NCBI GenBank assembly: GCA_041161695.1
Contig: JBEATZ010000206.1
Span: 1 to 32,376, forward strand
Direction: 5' to 3'
DNA: 32,376 nt
From: Planctomycetota bacterium
GTDB taxonomy: Bacteria > Planctomycetota > UBA1135 > UBA2386
Position numbers and translations under genes: made by a program. Position 1 is the stretch's first letter. The number at the start of each line of letters is the position of its first letter. Below are positions 7,009 to 15,603 of the stretch, in pieces. Under the pieces are notes generated by a model. That model worked only from the letters and a program-made list of their open reading frames with translations, was not told the DNA's origin and did no database searches.

Positions 7009-8739
7009 ATGCTCATCGCCCTGAACATCCGGAACCTCGCCCTCGTCGAGCAGGCGGAACTGCGGCTCGGCCGGGGCCTCAACGTGATCTCGGGCCAGAC
7101 CGGCGGCGGCAAGTCGCTGGTGGTGACGGCCCTCGAACTCCTGCGCGGTGAACGCGCCAACGGCGCGCTGGTACGGCGCGGGGCCGAGGAACTGCAGGTG
7201 GACGGCGAGTTCCGGCTCGGCTCCGGCGAGCGGTCACAGGCAGTGGCCGCGCTCGTGCAGGAGCTGTGCGGCGCCACCGTCGAGGAAGGGTTGCTGCTGG
7301 TCACCCGTCTCGTCGACGTGCACGGCAGGAGCCGCGTGCGCATCGGCGGCCGGCCTGCCACCCTGCAGGCGCTGCGCCAGCTCGGTGCGCAGTTGCTGGA
7401 GATCCACGGCCAGGGCGATTCGCGCGCGCTCATGCGCCCCGAGACCCAGTGCGAGACGCTCGATGCCTTCGCCGGGACCGCTGGCCTGCGCACCGAGTTC
7501 GCCGCGGCACTCGCGGCCGCGCGCGCGGTGCAGGCGCGCATCGCCGAACTGCAGCAGGGCCAGCGCGAGCGCCAGCAGCGGCACGACTTCCTCCGCTACC
7601 AGCTGGAGACCATGGCCTCGCTGCAGCTCGCCGAGGGCGAGGTGGCGGCCCTGGAGGCCGAGCACCAGGTGCTCGCCAACCTCGATGCCCTGCGGCTCGA
7701 CCTCGACGGGGCCCTCGGTGCGCTGCAGGAGTCGGAGTCGAGCGCGGCCGAGCAGGTCTCCTACGCCATGCGCCACCTGCAGGCGGCTGCTGCCATCGAC
7801 CCCCGCCTCGAGGAATCCGCCGAACTGCTGGGCCAGGCCGAGGAACTGGTGGCCGAGGTGTGCCGGCGGGTGCAGTCGGCGCGCGGCGGCCTCGACCTCG
7901 ACCCCGAGCGCCTCGGCGAGGTGCAGCAGCGCCTCGACGCGATCCACGAGGCGTTGCGGCGGCACGGCCCCACGGAGGCGGAGTTCCGCGCCAACCTCGC
8001 CCGCGTGACCGAAGAGCTCGCGCGCTTCGAGGGCGCGGGCTCCGACCCGGAGGCGCTGGCAGAAGAGCTGCGCCAGCGCACGGCCAGCGCTGCGGCCCTC
8101 GCGCGCAGGCTCGTGCGAGCCCGGCGCAAGGCTTCTGAGCCGTTCGCCCAGGCGATCCAGCGCGAGCTCGCCGACCTCGGCATGCCGCACACGGTGGTGC
8201 GCGTGGCGATGGAAGACGCCTTCCGCGAGGGCGAGTTGCTGGCGACGGCCACGGCCCACGGCCCCACGCCCGTCGACCTCGAGGTGCGCATCAACCCGGG
8301 CGAGCCCTTCCACTCCATGCGGCTCACGGCCTCGGGCGGCGAACTCGCGCGCATCGTGCTCGCAGTCAAGAAGACCATGGCCGACCAGGACCGCGTGCCG
8401 CTCATGGTGCTCGACGAGATCGACAGCGAGATCGGCGGCAGGCTGGGCCTGCAGGTCGGGCAGAAGCTTGCGGACGTGGCGCGGCATCACCAGGTGGTGA
8501 TCGTCACCCACCTGCCGCAGGTGGCCGCGTTCGGGCAGCACCACTTCCTCGTCGGCAAGGTGGTGGAGGGCAAGGGCAAGGGCGAGCGCACGCTCTCGCG
8601 GGTGCGCCACCTGCAGGGCGCCGAGGTCGAGCAGGAACTGGCGGCCATGAGCGCTGGCGACGGCGCCGATGCATCGGCCCTCGCGCATGCGCGGACGCTG
8701 GTGGAGAAGGCCCGCGCCGTCGAGGCCGCGAGCGCCTGA
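7009..8739 (+). CDS. recN: DNA repair protein RecN
   Basis: MLIALNIRNLALVEQAELRLGRGLNVISGQTGGGKSLVV is the N-terminal Walker A. A long coiled-coil middle follows, then C-terminal ASGGELARIVLAVK and LMVLDEIDSEIGG (signature and Walker B). 576 aa. Confidence 0.95.
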   Translation: MLIALNIRNLALVEQAELRLGRGLNVISGQTGGGKSLVVTALELLRGERANGALVRRGAEELQVDGEFRLGSGERSQAVAALVQELCGATVEEGLLLVTRLVDVHGRSRVRIGGRPATLQALRQLGAQLLEIHGQGDSRALMRPETQCETLDAFAGTAGLRTEFAAALAAARAVQARIAELQQGQRERQQRHDFLRYQLETMASLQLAEGEVAALEAEHQVLANLDALRLDLDGALGALQESESSAAEQVSYAMRHLQAAAAIDPRLEESAELLGQAEELVAEVCRRVQSARGGLDLDPERLGEVQQRLDAIHEALRRHGPTEAEFRANLARVTEELARFEGAGSDPEALAEELRQRTASAAALARRLVRARRKASEPFAQAIQRELADLGMPHTVVRVAMEDAFREGELLATATAHGPTPVDLEVRINPGEPFHSMRLTASGGELARIVLAVKKTMADQDRVPLMVLDEIDSEIGGRLGLQVGQKLADVARHHQVVIVTHLPQVAAFGQHHFLVGKVVEGKGKGERTLSRVRHLQGAEVEQELAAMSAGDGADASALAHARTLVEKARAVEAASA

Positions 8740-8827
8740 CGCCCGTTGTGCCGCGCCGGCGGCGGCAGGCGTGCAGGGAACGGGCCCGGCGGATACAACC
8801 TTCGCCCCCCAGTCCGCCGCGCCCGCC

Positions 8828-9826
8828 ATGCCCGCCCTCAAGCCCTTCCTCCTCGAACGCAAGATCCTCGGCAAGGTCTGGGGCGGCCGTGCCCTGGAGC
8901 AGGCGCTCGGGCTCACGCTGCCGGCAGGCGAACAGGTGGGCGAGACGTGGGAGCTCTACGACCGCCCCGAGGGTTCGTCGGTGCTGCGCGGCTCCGCGAC
9001 GACGCTCGCGGAACTCATGGCCACGCAGCGCGAGGAGTTGCTCGGCCGCGGGGTGAAGCCCGGCCACGGCGGCAAGTTCCCGCTGCTCATCAAGTACATC
9101 GACGCGCGCGAGGCGCTGTCGGTGCAGGTGCACCCGGACGAGGAGCAGGCGCGCGCGCGCGGCGACGGCGGCAAGAACGAGGCGTGGATCGTCCTGCAGA
9201 AGGGACCCAACGCGCGGATCATCCGCGGCACGAAGCCCGGCGTGACCGAGGAGCAGTTCCGCGCGGTGGCAGCCACGGCTGCCGTCGAGGAGCTGCTGTG
9301 GAAGTTCACGCCCGAGGTCGGCGACTGCATCCACGTGCCTGCGGGCACCGTGCACGCCATCGGCCCCGACGTGGTGGTGTTCGAGGTGCAGCAGAACAGC
9401 GACATCACCTACCGCCTGTACGACTGGGGCCGTCCGCGCGAGGTCCACGTGCAGGACGCGCTGGCGGTGACGCGCCTCGGCGCCGAGGGCTCGTCCCATG
9501 CCGGCAGGCCCGTGGTGCCGCCGCGCGCACTGCCCGACGGTTCGACGCTCGTGATCGACGCGCCGCAGTTCCGCGTGCGCCGTTTCACCGTCGAACCTTC
9601 GGCGAACGGCAACGGACGCGTCGTGCTGCCCACGGAAGGCACCTTCCAGGTCGTCAACGTGACGGCTGGCCGCGGCGTGCTCGGATGGCATTCGGCTGGC
9701 ACCGACCAGCCCTTGTTCCTGCAGACCGGTGACTGCGCGGTGATCCCCGCGTGCATCGAGCAGGTCTTCTTCTCCCCGATCGGACGCATGGAGCTGCTGG
9801 TCTCAGGACCCGGCAGGCAACGCTGA
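8828..9826 (+). CDS. manA: Mannose-6-phosphate isomerase, class I (cupin)
   Basis: In-frame ATG at 8828 inside ORF 8669..9826 (MPALKPFLLERKILGKVWGG). Metal-binding motifs are LSVQVHPDEEQA and GDCIHVPAGTVHAIG. Confidence 0.8.
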   Translation: MPALKPFLLERKILGKVWGGRALEQALGLTLPAGEQVGETWELYDRPEGSSVLRGSATTLAELMATQREELLGRGVKPGHGGKFPLLIKYIDAREALSVQVHPDEEQARARGDGGKNEAWIVLQKGPNARIIRGTKPGVTEEQFRAVAATAAVEELLWKFTPEVGDCIHVPAGTVHAIGPDVVVFEVQQNSDITYRLYDWGRPREVHVQDALAVTRLGAEGSSHAGRPVVPPRALPDGSTLVIDAPQFRVRRFTVEPSANGNGRVVLPTEGTFQVVNVTAGRGVLGWHSAGTDQPLFLQTGDCAVIPACIEQVFFSPIGRMELLVSGPGRQR

Positions 9827-10803
9827 TGGCTAGACGTCACGTGGACAGGCGGCCCGGCCAGCGATTGCAGCGCGGCACGGGTCAGGGCGGTGGTGGCGGC
9901 GGCGCAAGGCGCAGCGAGGGCCGTGGCCCCGGCGGACGCGGCGAGGGCGAGTTGCCCGCGCGCCCGGCAGGGCCGCTGCGGCGTCCCAAGGCCACGCGCC
10001 GCAGCCGCGGCCTCGTGGTCACGCCGCGCGAGCAGCAGGTGGCCGACGACGGCAAGGTCCGTCTCAACCGCTTCCTCGCGATGTCGGGCGTCAGCAGCCG
10101 CAGGGCCGCGGACGAACTGATCGCCAACGGCCGCGTCGAGGTCAACGGCACGATCGTCACCGAGCTGGGCCAGCGCATCGACCCGGGCCACGACGAGGTG
10201 CGCGTGGACGGCCGCCGCGTGCAGCAGGAGAAGAAGATCTACATCCTCTTCAACAAGCCTGCAGGCGTGGTGTGCACCAACGCCCGCCACGAGCAGAAGA
10301 AGCGCGTGATCGACCTGCTGCCGGAGGTGCGCGGACGCATCTACACGGTGGGCCGGCTCGACCTCGACAGCGAGGGCCTGCTGCTGCTGACGAACGACGG
10401 CGACTTCGCGCTGCAGATGACGCACCCGCGCTACGGCGTGCCCAAGGTCTATGCCGTCGAGGTGCGCGGCAGGGTCGAGAAGGAAGACCTTGAGAAGGCG
10501 CGCGGCGGCGTGTGGCTCTCCGAGGGTCCCACGGCCGGCATGAAGATCCGCGTCGAGCACCAGGGCCCGGGCAAGACGTTCCTGCGCGTGATGCTGCGCG
10601 AGGGCAAGAACCGCGAGATCCGTCGCGTGTTCGCCAAGCTGGGCTACCCAGTCAAGTCGCTGAAGCGCGTGCGCATCGGCGACCTCACGCTGCACGGGCT
10701 CGGCACCGCCAACTGGCGGTACCTGACGCCCACCGAGGTGAAGGACCTCATCGAGATCTCGAAGCGCGAGACGGACACCAAGGGGATGGTGGAGGGAGAC
10801 TGA
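9826..10803 (+). CDS. rluB: Pseudouridine synthase, RsuA/RluB family, with Arg/Gly-rich N-terminal extension
   Basis: The ATG at 9826 overlaps the manA stop (TGATG). S4 domain: RLNRFLAMSGVSSRRAADELIANGRVEVNG. Catalytic motif: GRLDLDSEGLLLLTNDG. Also GKNREIRRVF. A GTG near 10015 is an alternative start. Confidence 0.85.
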   Translation: MARRHVDRRPGQRLQRGTGQGGGGGGARRSEGRGPGGRGEGELPARPAGPLRRPKATRRSRGLVVTPREQQVADDGKVRLNRFLAMSGVSSRRAADELIANGRVEVNGTIVTELGQRIDPGHDEVRVDGRRVQQEKKIYILFNKPAGVVCTNARHEQKKRVIDLLPEVRGRIYTVGRLDLDSEGLLLLTNDGDFALQMTHPRYGVPKVYAVEVRGRVEKEDLEKARGGVWLSEGPTAGMKIRVEHQGPGKTFLRVMLREGKNREIRRVFAKLGYPVKSLKRVRIGDLTLHGLGTANWRYLTPTEVKDLIEISKRETDTKGMVEGD

Positions 10804-12182
10804 TGCTGCCAAAGGTCGAAACGTTGTTGCTCCAGAACGGCATGCGCGTGCTGATGCTGCCGCGCCGTTCACTGCCCGTGGTTGCCACGGTGCTGTGGTA
10901 CGAGGTCGGCGCCCGCGACGAACTGAGCGGCGAGACCGGCGTGTCCCACTTCCTCGAACACATGATGTTCAAGGGCACCGACCGCTACGCGAAGGGCCAG
11001 ATCGACCTGCTCACGAGCAAGATGGGCGGGTCCAACAACGCCTTCACCGACAACGACGGCACGGCCTACTTCTTCGCGATGGCATCCGACCGCTGGGAGT
11101 CGGCGCTGGAGATCGAGGCGAGCCGCATGCGCAGCTGCCTGCTGGATCCCACCGAGTTCGCGAGCGAGAAGTGCGTGGTGCTGGAGGAGCTGGCGATGGG
11201 CGAGGACGAGCCCTGGCGCCCCCTCTACCAGGCCACGGAGTCGCTGCTCTTCCAGGTGCACCCGTACCACCACCCGGTGATCGGCTGGAAGCAGGACCTC
11301 GAGCGACTCACGGCCGCTGGCATGCGCGCCTACTACGACCGCAACTACGGCCCGAACCGTGCCTTCATGGTGATCGCCGGCGACATCGACGTCGAGCGCA
11401 CCAGGCAGAAGGTGACCGAGTTGTTCGGGTCGATCCCGGCAACGGCGGAGCCGCGCCGCGAGGTGCTGGCCGAGCCCGCCATGCCCGGTGAGCGCCGCGC
11501 CGTGCTGCACACGCCGCACTCCGTGACGCGCATGTGCATGGGCTTCCGCGGCGCCCGCAACGGCGAACGCGACGACTACGCACTCGACGTGCTGTGCCAC
11601 CACCTCGGCCTCGGCAAGAACTCGCTGCTCTACAAGCGGCTCGTGGTCGAGGAGGAGCTGGTCACCAACCTCTCGGTGATGAACGAGGCACGGCTCGACC
11701 CCGGTGCCGTGTTCCTGCTGTTCGAACTCCGCGACGGCGCCGACCCGAAGGTCGTCGAGAAACTGGTCTGCGAGGAGGTGAAGCGCCTCGTCGACAAGGG
11801 TGTCGACAAGAAGGACCTCGCCCGCATCCGCGAGCAGATCCGCGCCGCCTTCCTCTTCGAGGACGAGACCGTGCTCGACACCGCGCTCAAGGTGGCTCGC
11901 TTCGAGTCCATGACTCCCGGTGGCTGGCAGGCGCTCGAGCACGTGGTGCCCACCATCACCTCGCTCGACAACAAGGAGCTGCGCGAGGTTGCCGCCAGGT
12001 ACTTCGACCTCGACCGCAAGTGCGTGGTGTGGGCCCTGCCTGCGCCCCCTGCCGCGAAGCCCAGGGCGCCGAAGCGCAAGGTCGGCAGGACGCCGAAGCC
12101 GGCCCCGGTCGGCAGCCGCATCAGCAAGTCGGCCAAGGCGGGCACCCGTGCCGCGCGCCGCGCCCGCAAGGGGGACAAGTGA
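10803..12182 (+). CDS. M16 (pitrilysin/insulinase) family zinc peptidase, active subunit
   Basis: The ATG at 10803 overlaps the rluB stop. The inverted zinc motif HxxEH is present in GVSHFLEHMMFKGT. The C-terminal roughly 45 residues are Lys/Arg/Pro-rich. Confidence 0.85.
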   Translation: MLPKVETLLLQNGMRVLMLPRRSLPVVATVLWYEVGARDELSGETGVSHFLEHMMFKGTDRYAKGQIDLLTSKMGGSNNAFTDNDGTAYFFAMASDRWESALEIEASRMRSCLLDPTEFASEKCVVLEELAMGEDEPWRPLYQATESLLFQVHPYHHPVIGWKQDLERLTAAGMRAYYDRNYGPNRAFMVIAGDIDVERTRQKVTELFGSIPATAEPRREVLAEPAMPGERRAVLHTPHSVTRMCMGFRGARNGERDDYALDVLCHHLGLGKNSLLYKRLVVEEELVTNLSVMNEARLDPGAVFLLFELRDGADPKVVEKLVCEEVKRLVDKGVDKKDLARIREQIRAAFLFEDETVLDTALKVARFESMTPGGWQALEHVVPTITSLDNKELREVAARYFDLDRKCVVWALPAPPAAKPRAPKRKVGRTPKPAPVGSRISKSAKAGTRAARRARKGDK

Positions 12183-13429
12183 CCCGCGCCCTCACCCTGG
12201 ACATCGCGGAGCGGAAGCTCGACTCCGGCCTCACGCTCCTCGCCGTCCGCAACGAGGGCGTCGAGACCTTCGCCACGGTTGCCTCGTTCGACATCCGTGC
12301 CGGCGACGAACCCGAGGACCAGTGCGGCCTCACCAACCTGGTCGGTGAGTGCATCGACGAGGGCACCAAGAAGCACGGCGCGCTGGAGTTCGCCGCAGCC
12401 ATCGAGTCGATCGGCGGCGCCATCGGCGCGAACCACCGCGGCGGGTCGATGCTGTGCCCGGCCGAGAACGCGAAGGGCGGCATCGAGCTGCTGCGCGAGA
12501 TGCTGCTCGAGCCCACCTTCCCGGGCCGCGAGGTGCGGCGCGTGCGCGGCGAGATCCTCACCGAGATCCTCGCCGACGAGGACGACCCGCGCTCCGTGGC
12601 AGCCCGCCGCTTCCGCAAGGAGGTGTACGGCAAGCACCCGCTCGGCAGGCCCTCCCAGGGCACGGTCAAGAGCGTGAAGCGCATCGAGCCGAAGCACCTG
12701 CGCCGCTTCCACGGCGAGTTCTTCGCGCCCGAGGGCGGTTACGTGGCCGCCGCAGGTCCCATGGAGCCGCAGCGGATGCTCGACATGCTGGCGCGCTCCT
12801 TCGGCCGCATGAAGGGCAAGACGCCCAAGCACGCCGCGATGCCTGCCGTCGCCATGCCCAAGGAGGCGCGCGACGTGCACGTCCCGATGGCGCGCGAGCA
12901 GGTGCACGTGTTCCTCGGCCACCTCGGCATCCGCCGAACCGATCCGGACTTCTACGTGCTGTCGGTGATGGACCACATCCTCGGCACGGGACCGGGCTTC
13001 ACGTCCCGTTGCTCCCGCCGCCTGCGCGACGAACAGGGCCTGTGCTACAGCGTGAGCGCCGGCATCACCGGCAGCGCGGGCGAGGAGCCGGGGACGTTCA
13101 CGGCGTACATCGGCACCTCGCCGGAGCACCGGCAGAAGGCCATCGACGGGTTCCTGGAGGAGATCCGCCGGATCCGCAAGGAGCCGTGCACCCAGCAGGA
13201 ACTCGACGACGTGGTCGCCTACCTGACGGGCAGCTTCGTGTTCGCCCTGGAGCGCAACACCAACCTCGCCGGCTACGCAATCCGCGCGAGGCGTTTCGAG
13301 CTCGGGTTCGACTACCTGCACCGCTATCCGGACATCATCCGTTCGGTCACGCGCGAGCAGGTGCGCGCGGCTGCCGAGAGCAGGCTCGATCCCGACCGCC
13401 TGGTGATCGTCAGCGCCGGCGCAAGCTGA
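12179..13429 (+). CDS. M16 family peptidase-like protein, probably non-catalytic partner subunit
   Basis: The GTG at 12179 overlaps the preceding stop (GTGA). It has M16 fold-like patterning, but GLTNLVGECIDEGT replaces HxxEH, so there are no zinc-ligand histidines. The paired arrangement is typical of heterodimeric M16B peptidases. Confidence 0.75.
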   Translation: MTRALTLDIAERKLDSGLTLLAVRNEGVETFATVASFDIRAGDEPEDQCGLTNLVGECIDEGTKKHGALEFAAAIESIGGAIGANHRGGSMLCPAENAKGGIELLREMLLEPTFPGREVRRVRGEILTEILADEDDPRSVAARRFRKEVYGKHPLGRPSQGTVKSVKRIEPKHLRRFHGEFFAPEGGYVAAAGPMEPQRMLDMLARSFGRMKGKTPKHAAMPAVAMPKEARDVHVPMAREQVHVFLGHLGIRRTDPDFYVLSVMDHILGTGPGFTSRCSRRLRDEQGLCYSVSAGITGSAGEEPGTFTAYIGTSPEHRQKAIDGFLEEIRRIRKEPCTQQELDDVVAYLTGSFVFALERNTNLAGYAIRARRFELGFDYLHRYPDIIRSVTREQVRAAAESRLDPDRLVIVSAGAS

Positions 13430-13467
13430 CGTTGGCCCGACCGGCCCGGCGCCGCCATGATGGCGCC

Positions 13468-14271
13468 ATGGCCGCCAAAGCACCTGCGCTGCGCGACGTG
13501 CTCGACATGATGCACGAGGTCGCGCCCCTCGAACTCGCCGCCGACTGGGACAACACGGGACTGATCGTCGACCCGCAGGGCGCAGGCGAGAAGCCGCTGC
13601 GCACCTGCATGCTGACCATCGACTGCACCGAGGCCGTGGTGCGCGAGGCAGTGCGCGCCAAGGCGGGCCTGGTGGTGAGCTACCACCCGCCGATCTTCCA
13701 GCCCCTGAAGCGCCTGGCCCACGGTGACGCGCGCCAGCGCATGCTGCTCGAGGCCGTGCGCGCCGGCATCGCCGTCTACTCGCCGCACACCGCCCTCGAT
13801 GCCGCGCCCGGCGGCCTCGCCGACTGGCTCGCCGAGGTGGTCAGCGCCAAGGGCGCCGTGTCCGAACTGCGGCCCTGCGGCGACGGCGACTTCGGCAGGC
13901 TGGTCCAGCTCAGCCGCCCGTCGCCCCTCGCCGTGCTGCTGAGGCGCATCCGTTCTGGGCTAGGCGTGCGCAAGCTGCGCATCGCGCAGCCGGACAAGCC
14001 GCGCACCAGCATCGGCTCGGTTGCCGTTGCCGCGGGCAGCGGCGCCTCGGTGCTGCGAGGCACGCAAGCAGACCTCTGGCTCACGGGCGAGATGGGCCAC
14101 CACGACGTGCTGGCTGCCGTGGCTGCGGGCACCACGGTCGTGCTCGCCGAGCACACGGGCACCGAGCGGGGCTACCTGCCGCGGCTGCGCAGCAGGCTGG
14201 TCGATGCGTTCGACGGCGCTCTCGACGTGCGCATCGCGAAGAGCGACGTGGATCCCCTGCGGGTCGTCTAG
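13468..14271 (+). CDS. Nif3-like dinuclear metal centre protein (YbgI/GTP cyclohydrolase 1 type 2 family)
   Basis: In-frame ATG at 13468 inside ORF 12349..14271. Motifs are APLELAADWDNTGL, VVSYHPPIFQPLKRL, AVYSPHTALDAAPGGLADWL and GEMGHHD. Confidence 0.8.
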   Translation: MAAKAPALRDVLDMMHEVAPLELAADWDNTGLIVDPQGAGEKPLRTCMLTIDCTEAVVREAVRAKAGLVVSYHPPIFQPLKRLAHGDARQRMLLEAVRAGIAVYSPHTALDAAPGGLADWLAEVVSAKGAVSELRPCGDGDFGRLVQLSRPSPLAVLLRRIRSGLGVRKLRIAQPDKPRTSIGSVAVAAGSGASVLRGTQADLWLTGEMGHHDVLAAVAAGTTVVLAEHTGTERGYLPRLRSRLVDAFDGALDVRIAKSDVDPLRVV

Positions 14272-15488
14272 CGCGACCCGGCGGCCGCTGAGGCCGTCTG
14301 CAGGTCGTTCGGCTGGTCCTTCGGGTAGCGCACCGCGTAGCGGAACACGTAGTTCACCACGGGGATGCCGAGGATCAGGCCCCACACGCCGAACAGCTTG
14401 CCGCCCACGGTGAGGACGATGAGCACGAGCACCGGGTTCATGCGCATGTGGTGCCCGTAGATGCGCGGGTTGAGGATGTAGGTCTCGATGGCGTGGATCA
14501 GCAGGATCAACCCGATCGCGAGCAGCATCATCGGGAAGCCGCCGGCCTGCAGCGACAGGAGGCAGATGGGCGTCGAGCTGATGAAGACGCCGGCCACCGG
14601 GATGAAGCTGCAGAGGAACACGATGGTCGAGAGGAACACCGCGTTGGGCAGCCCGAGGACCCAGATGCCGATGGCCGTGAGCACGGTGTTGAGCACGGCG
14701 ATGGCCAGCTGGGCGCCCAGCGCGCGGCCCATGACGCGACCGAACGTGGCGATGCTGTCCGCCACCTCGTCGTAGATGAAGCCGATCTTGGTGTCGCGCA
14801 GGCCGCCGATGCCGCGTGCGATCTTGGGCAGGTCGAGCACCATCAGGAACGAGAAGAGCATCGCCAGCAGGAAGGACGATGCGTAGCCGAGCAGGTCCTC
14901 GCCCCACTTGCCGAGCTGCTGGATGCGCTCGCGCGTGAGGGCCTCCTTGCCGGCATCGGTGGTCTCCTGCTCGGGGTTGAAGCCGAGGAGCTGCTTGAGG
15001 AAGTCGCTGACGATCGGCTCCGGCTTCTTGGGCGCAGCCGAGGGGGCCTGCTGTTCTCCGGTGCCCGCGGCTGCAGGCTCATTGCGTTCGAACCACTTGG
15101 CGAACTCCGGGTTCTCCTGCAGGAACTTGTGGGCGGCCACGTCGGCGTCCACGAGGTACTTGTCCCAGTTCTCCGCGAAGATCTTGGTCTGCTCCTGCAC
15201 CTGCGGGGCCAGCGACCACCCGGTGGCGAAGATGGTGCCGAGGAACAGCAGGCCGACCAGCACCACCCGGACCACGCGGTTGCGGATCCGGTGCGCGAGG
15301 CCGTCGACGGCGATCGCCTGGATGTAGGCGAAGACGAACGTGAGGAAGACCAGCAGCAGGAACTGCCGCAGGATGTAGAGGATCGCGACCAGCAGGCCCC
15401 AGACGAAGACCTTGGTCCCCAGCGAGAAGATGCGGTCCCAGGGCGGAGGCAGCGTCTTTCCCTGCAGGTCGGTGCTCGCGGTGTTCAT
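14268..15488 (-). CDS. AI-2E family transporter (PerM/UPF0118)
   Basis: 406-aa polytopic membrane protein with an N-terminal cluster of helices, a soluble insert and C-terminal helices. Typical patterns are FIPVAGVFISSTP and ILNPRIYG. Its stop overlaps the nif3-like stop convergently (CTAG). Confidence 0.85.
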   Translation of the reverse strand: MNTASTDLQGKTLPPPWDRIFSLGTKVFVWGLLVAILYILRQFLLLVFLTFVFAYIQAIAVDGLAHRIRNRVVRVVLVGLLFLGTIFATGWSLAPQVQEQTKIFAENWDKYLVDADVAAHKFLQENPEFAKWFERNEPAAAGTGEQQAPSAAPKKPEPIVSDFLKQLLGFNPEQETTDAGKEALTRERIQQLGKWGEDLLGYASSFLLAMLFSFLMVLDLPKIARGIGGLRDTKIGFIYDEVADSIATFGRVMGRALGAQLAIAVLNTVLTAIGIWVLGLPNAVFLSTIVFLCSFIPVAGVFISSTPICLLSLQAGGFPMMLLAIGLILLIHAIETYILNPRIYGHHMRMNPVLVLIVLTVGGKLFGVWGLILGIPVVNYVFRYAVRYPKDQPNDLQTASAAAGSR

Positions 15489-15603
15489 CGGGCCGCGACC
15501 CTACGACACGAATCGACGCCTTGCCAGACGTCCGCGCCGGGAACCTGTGCCCGGTCGTCGCGCGCCCTTGGCATCCGTCGCCCGCGAGGTGCAAACTGCC
15601 CCC

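Noticed and set aside
8828-13429. manA-rluB-M16-M16 string with 1-4 nt overlaps, considered as a possible functional system.
   Set aside because: The coupling is real in the sequence, but the genes are unrelated housekeeping functions. Compact operons of mixed function are common, and nothing points to a joint novel activity.
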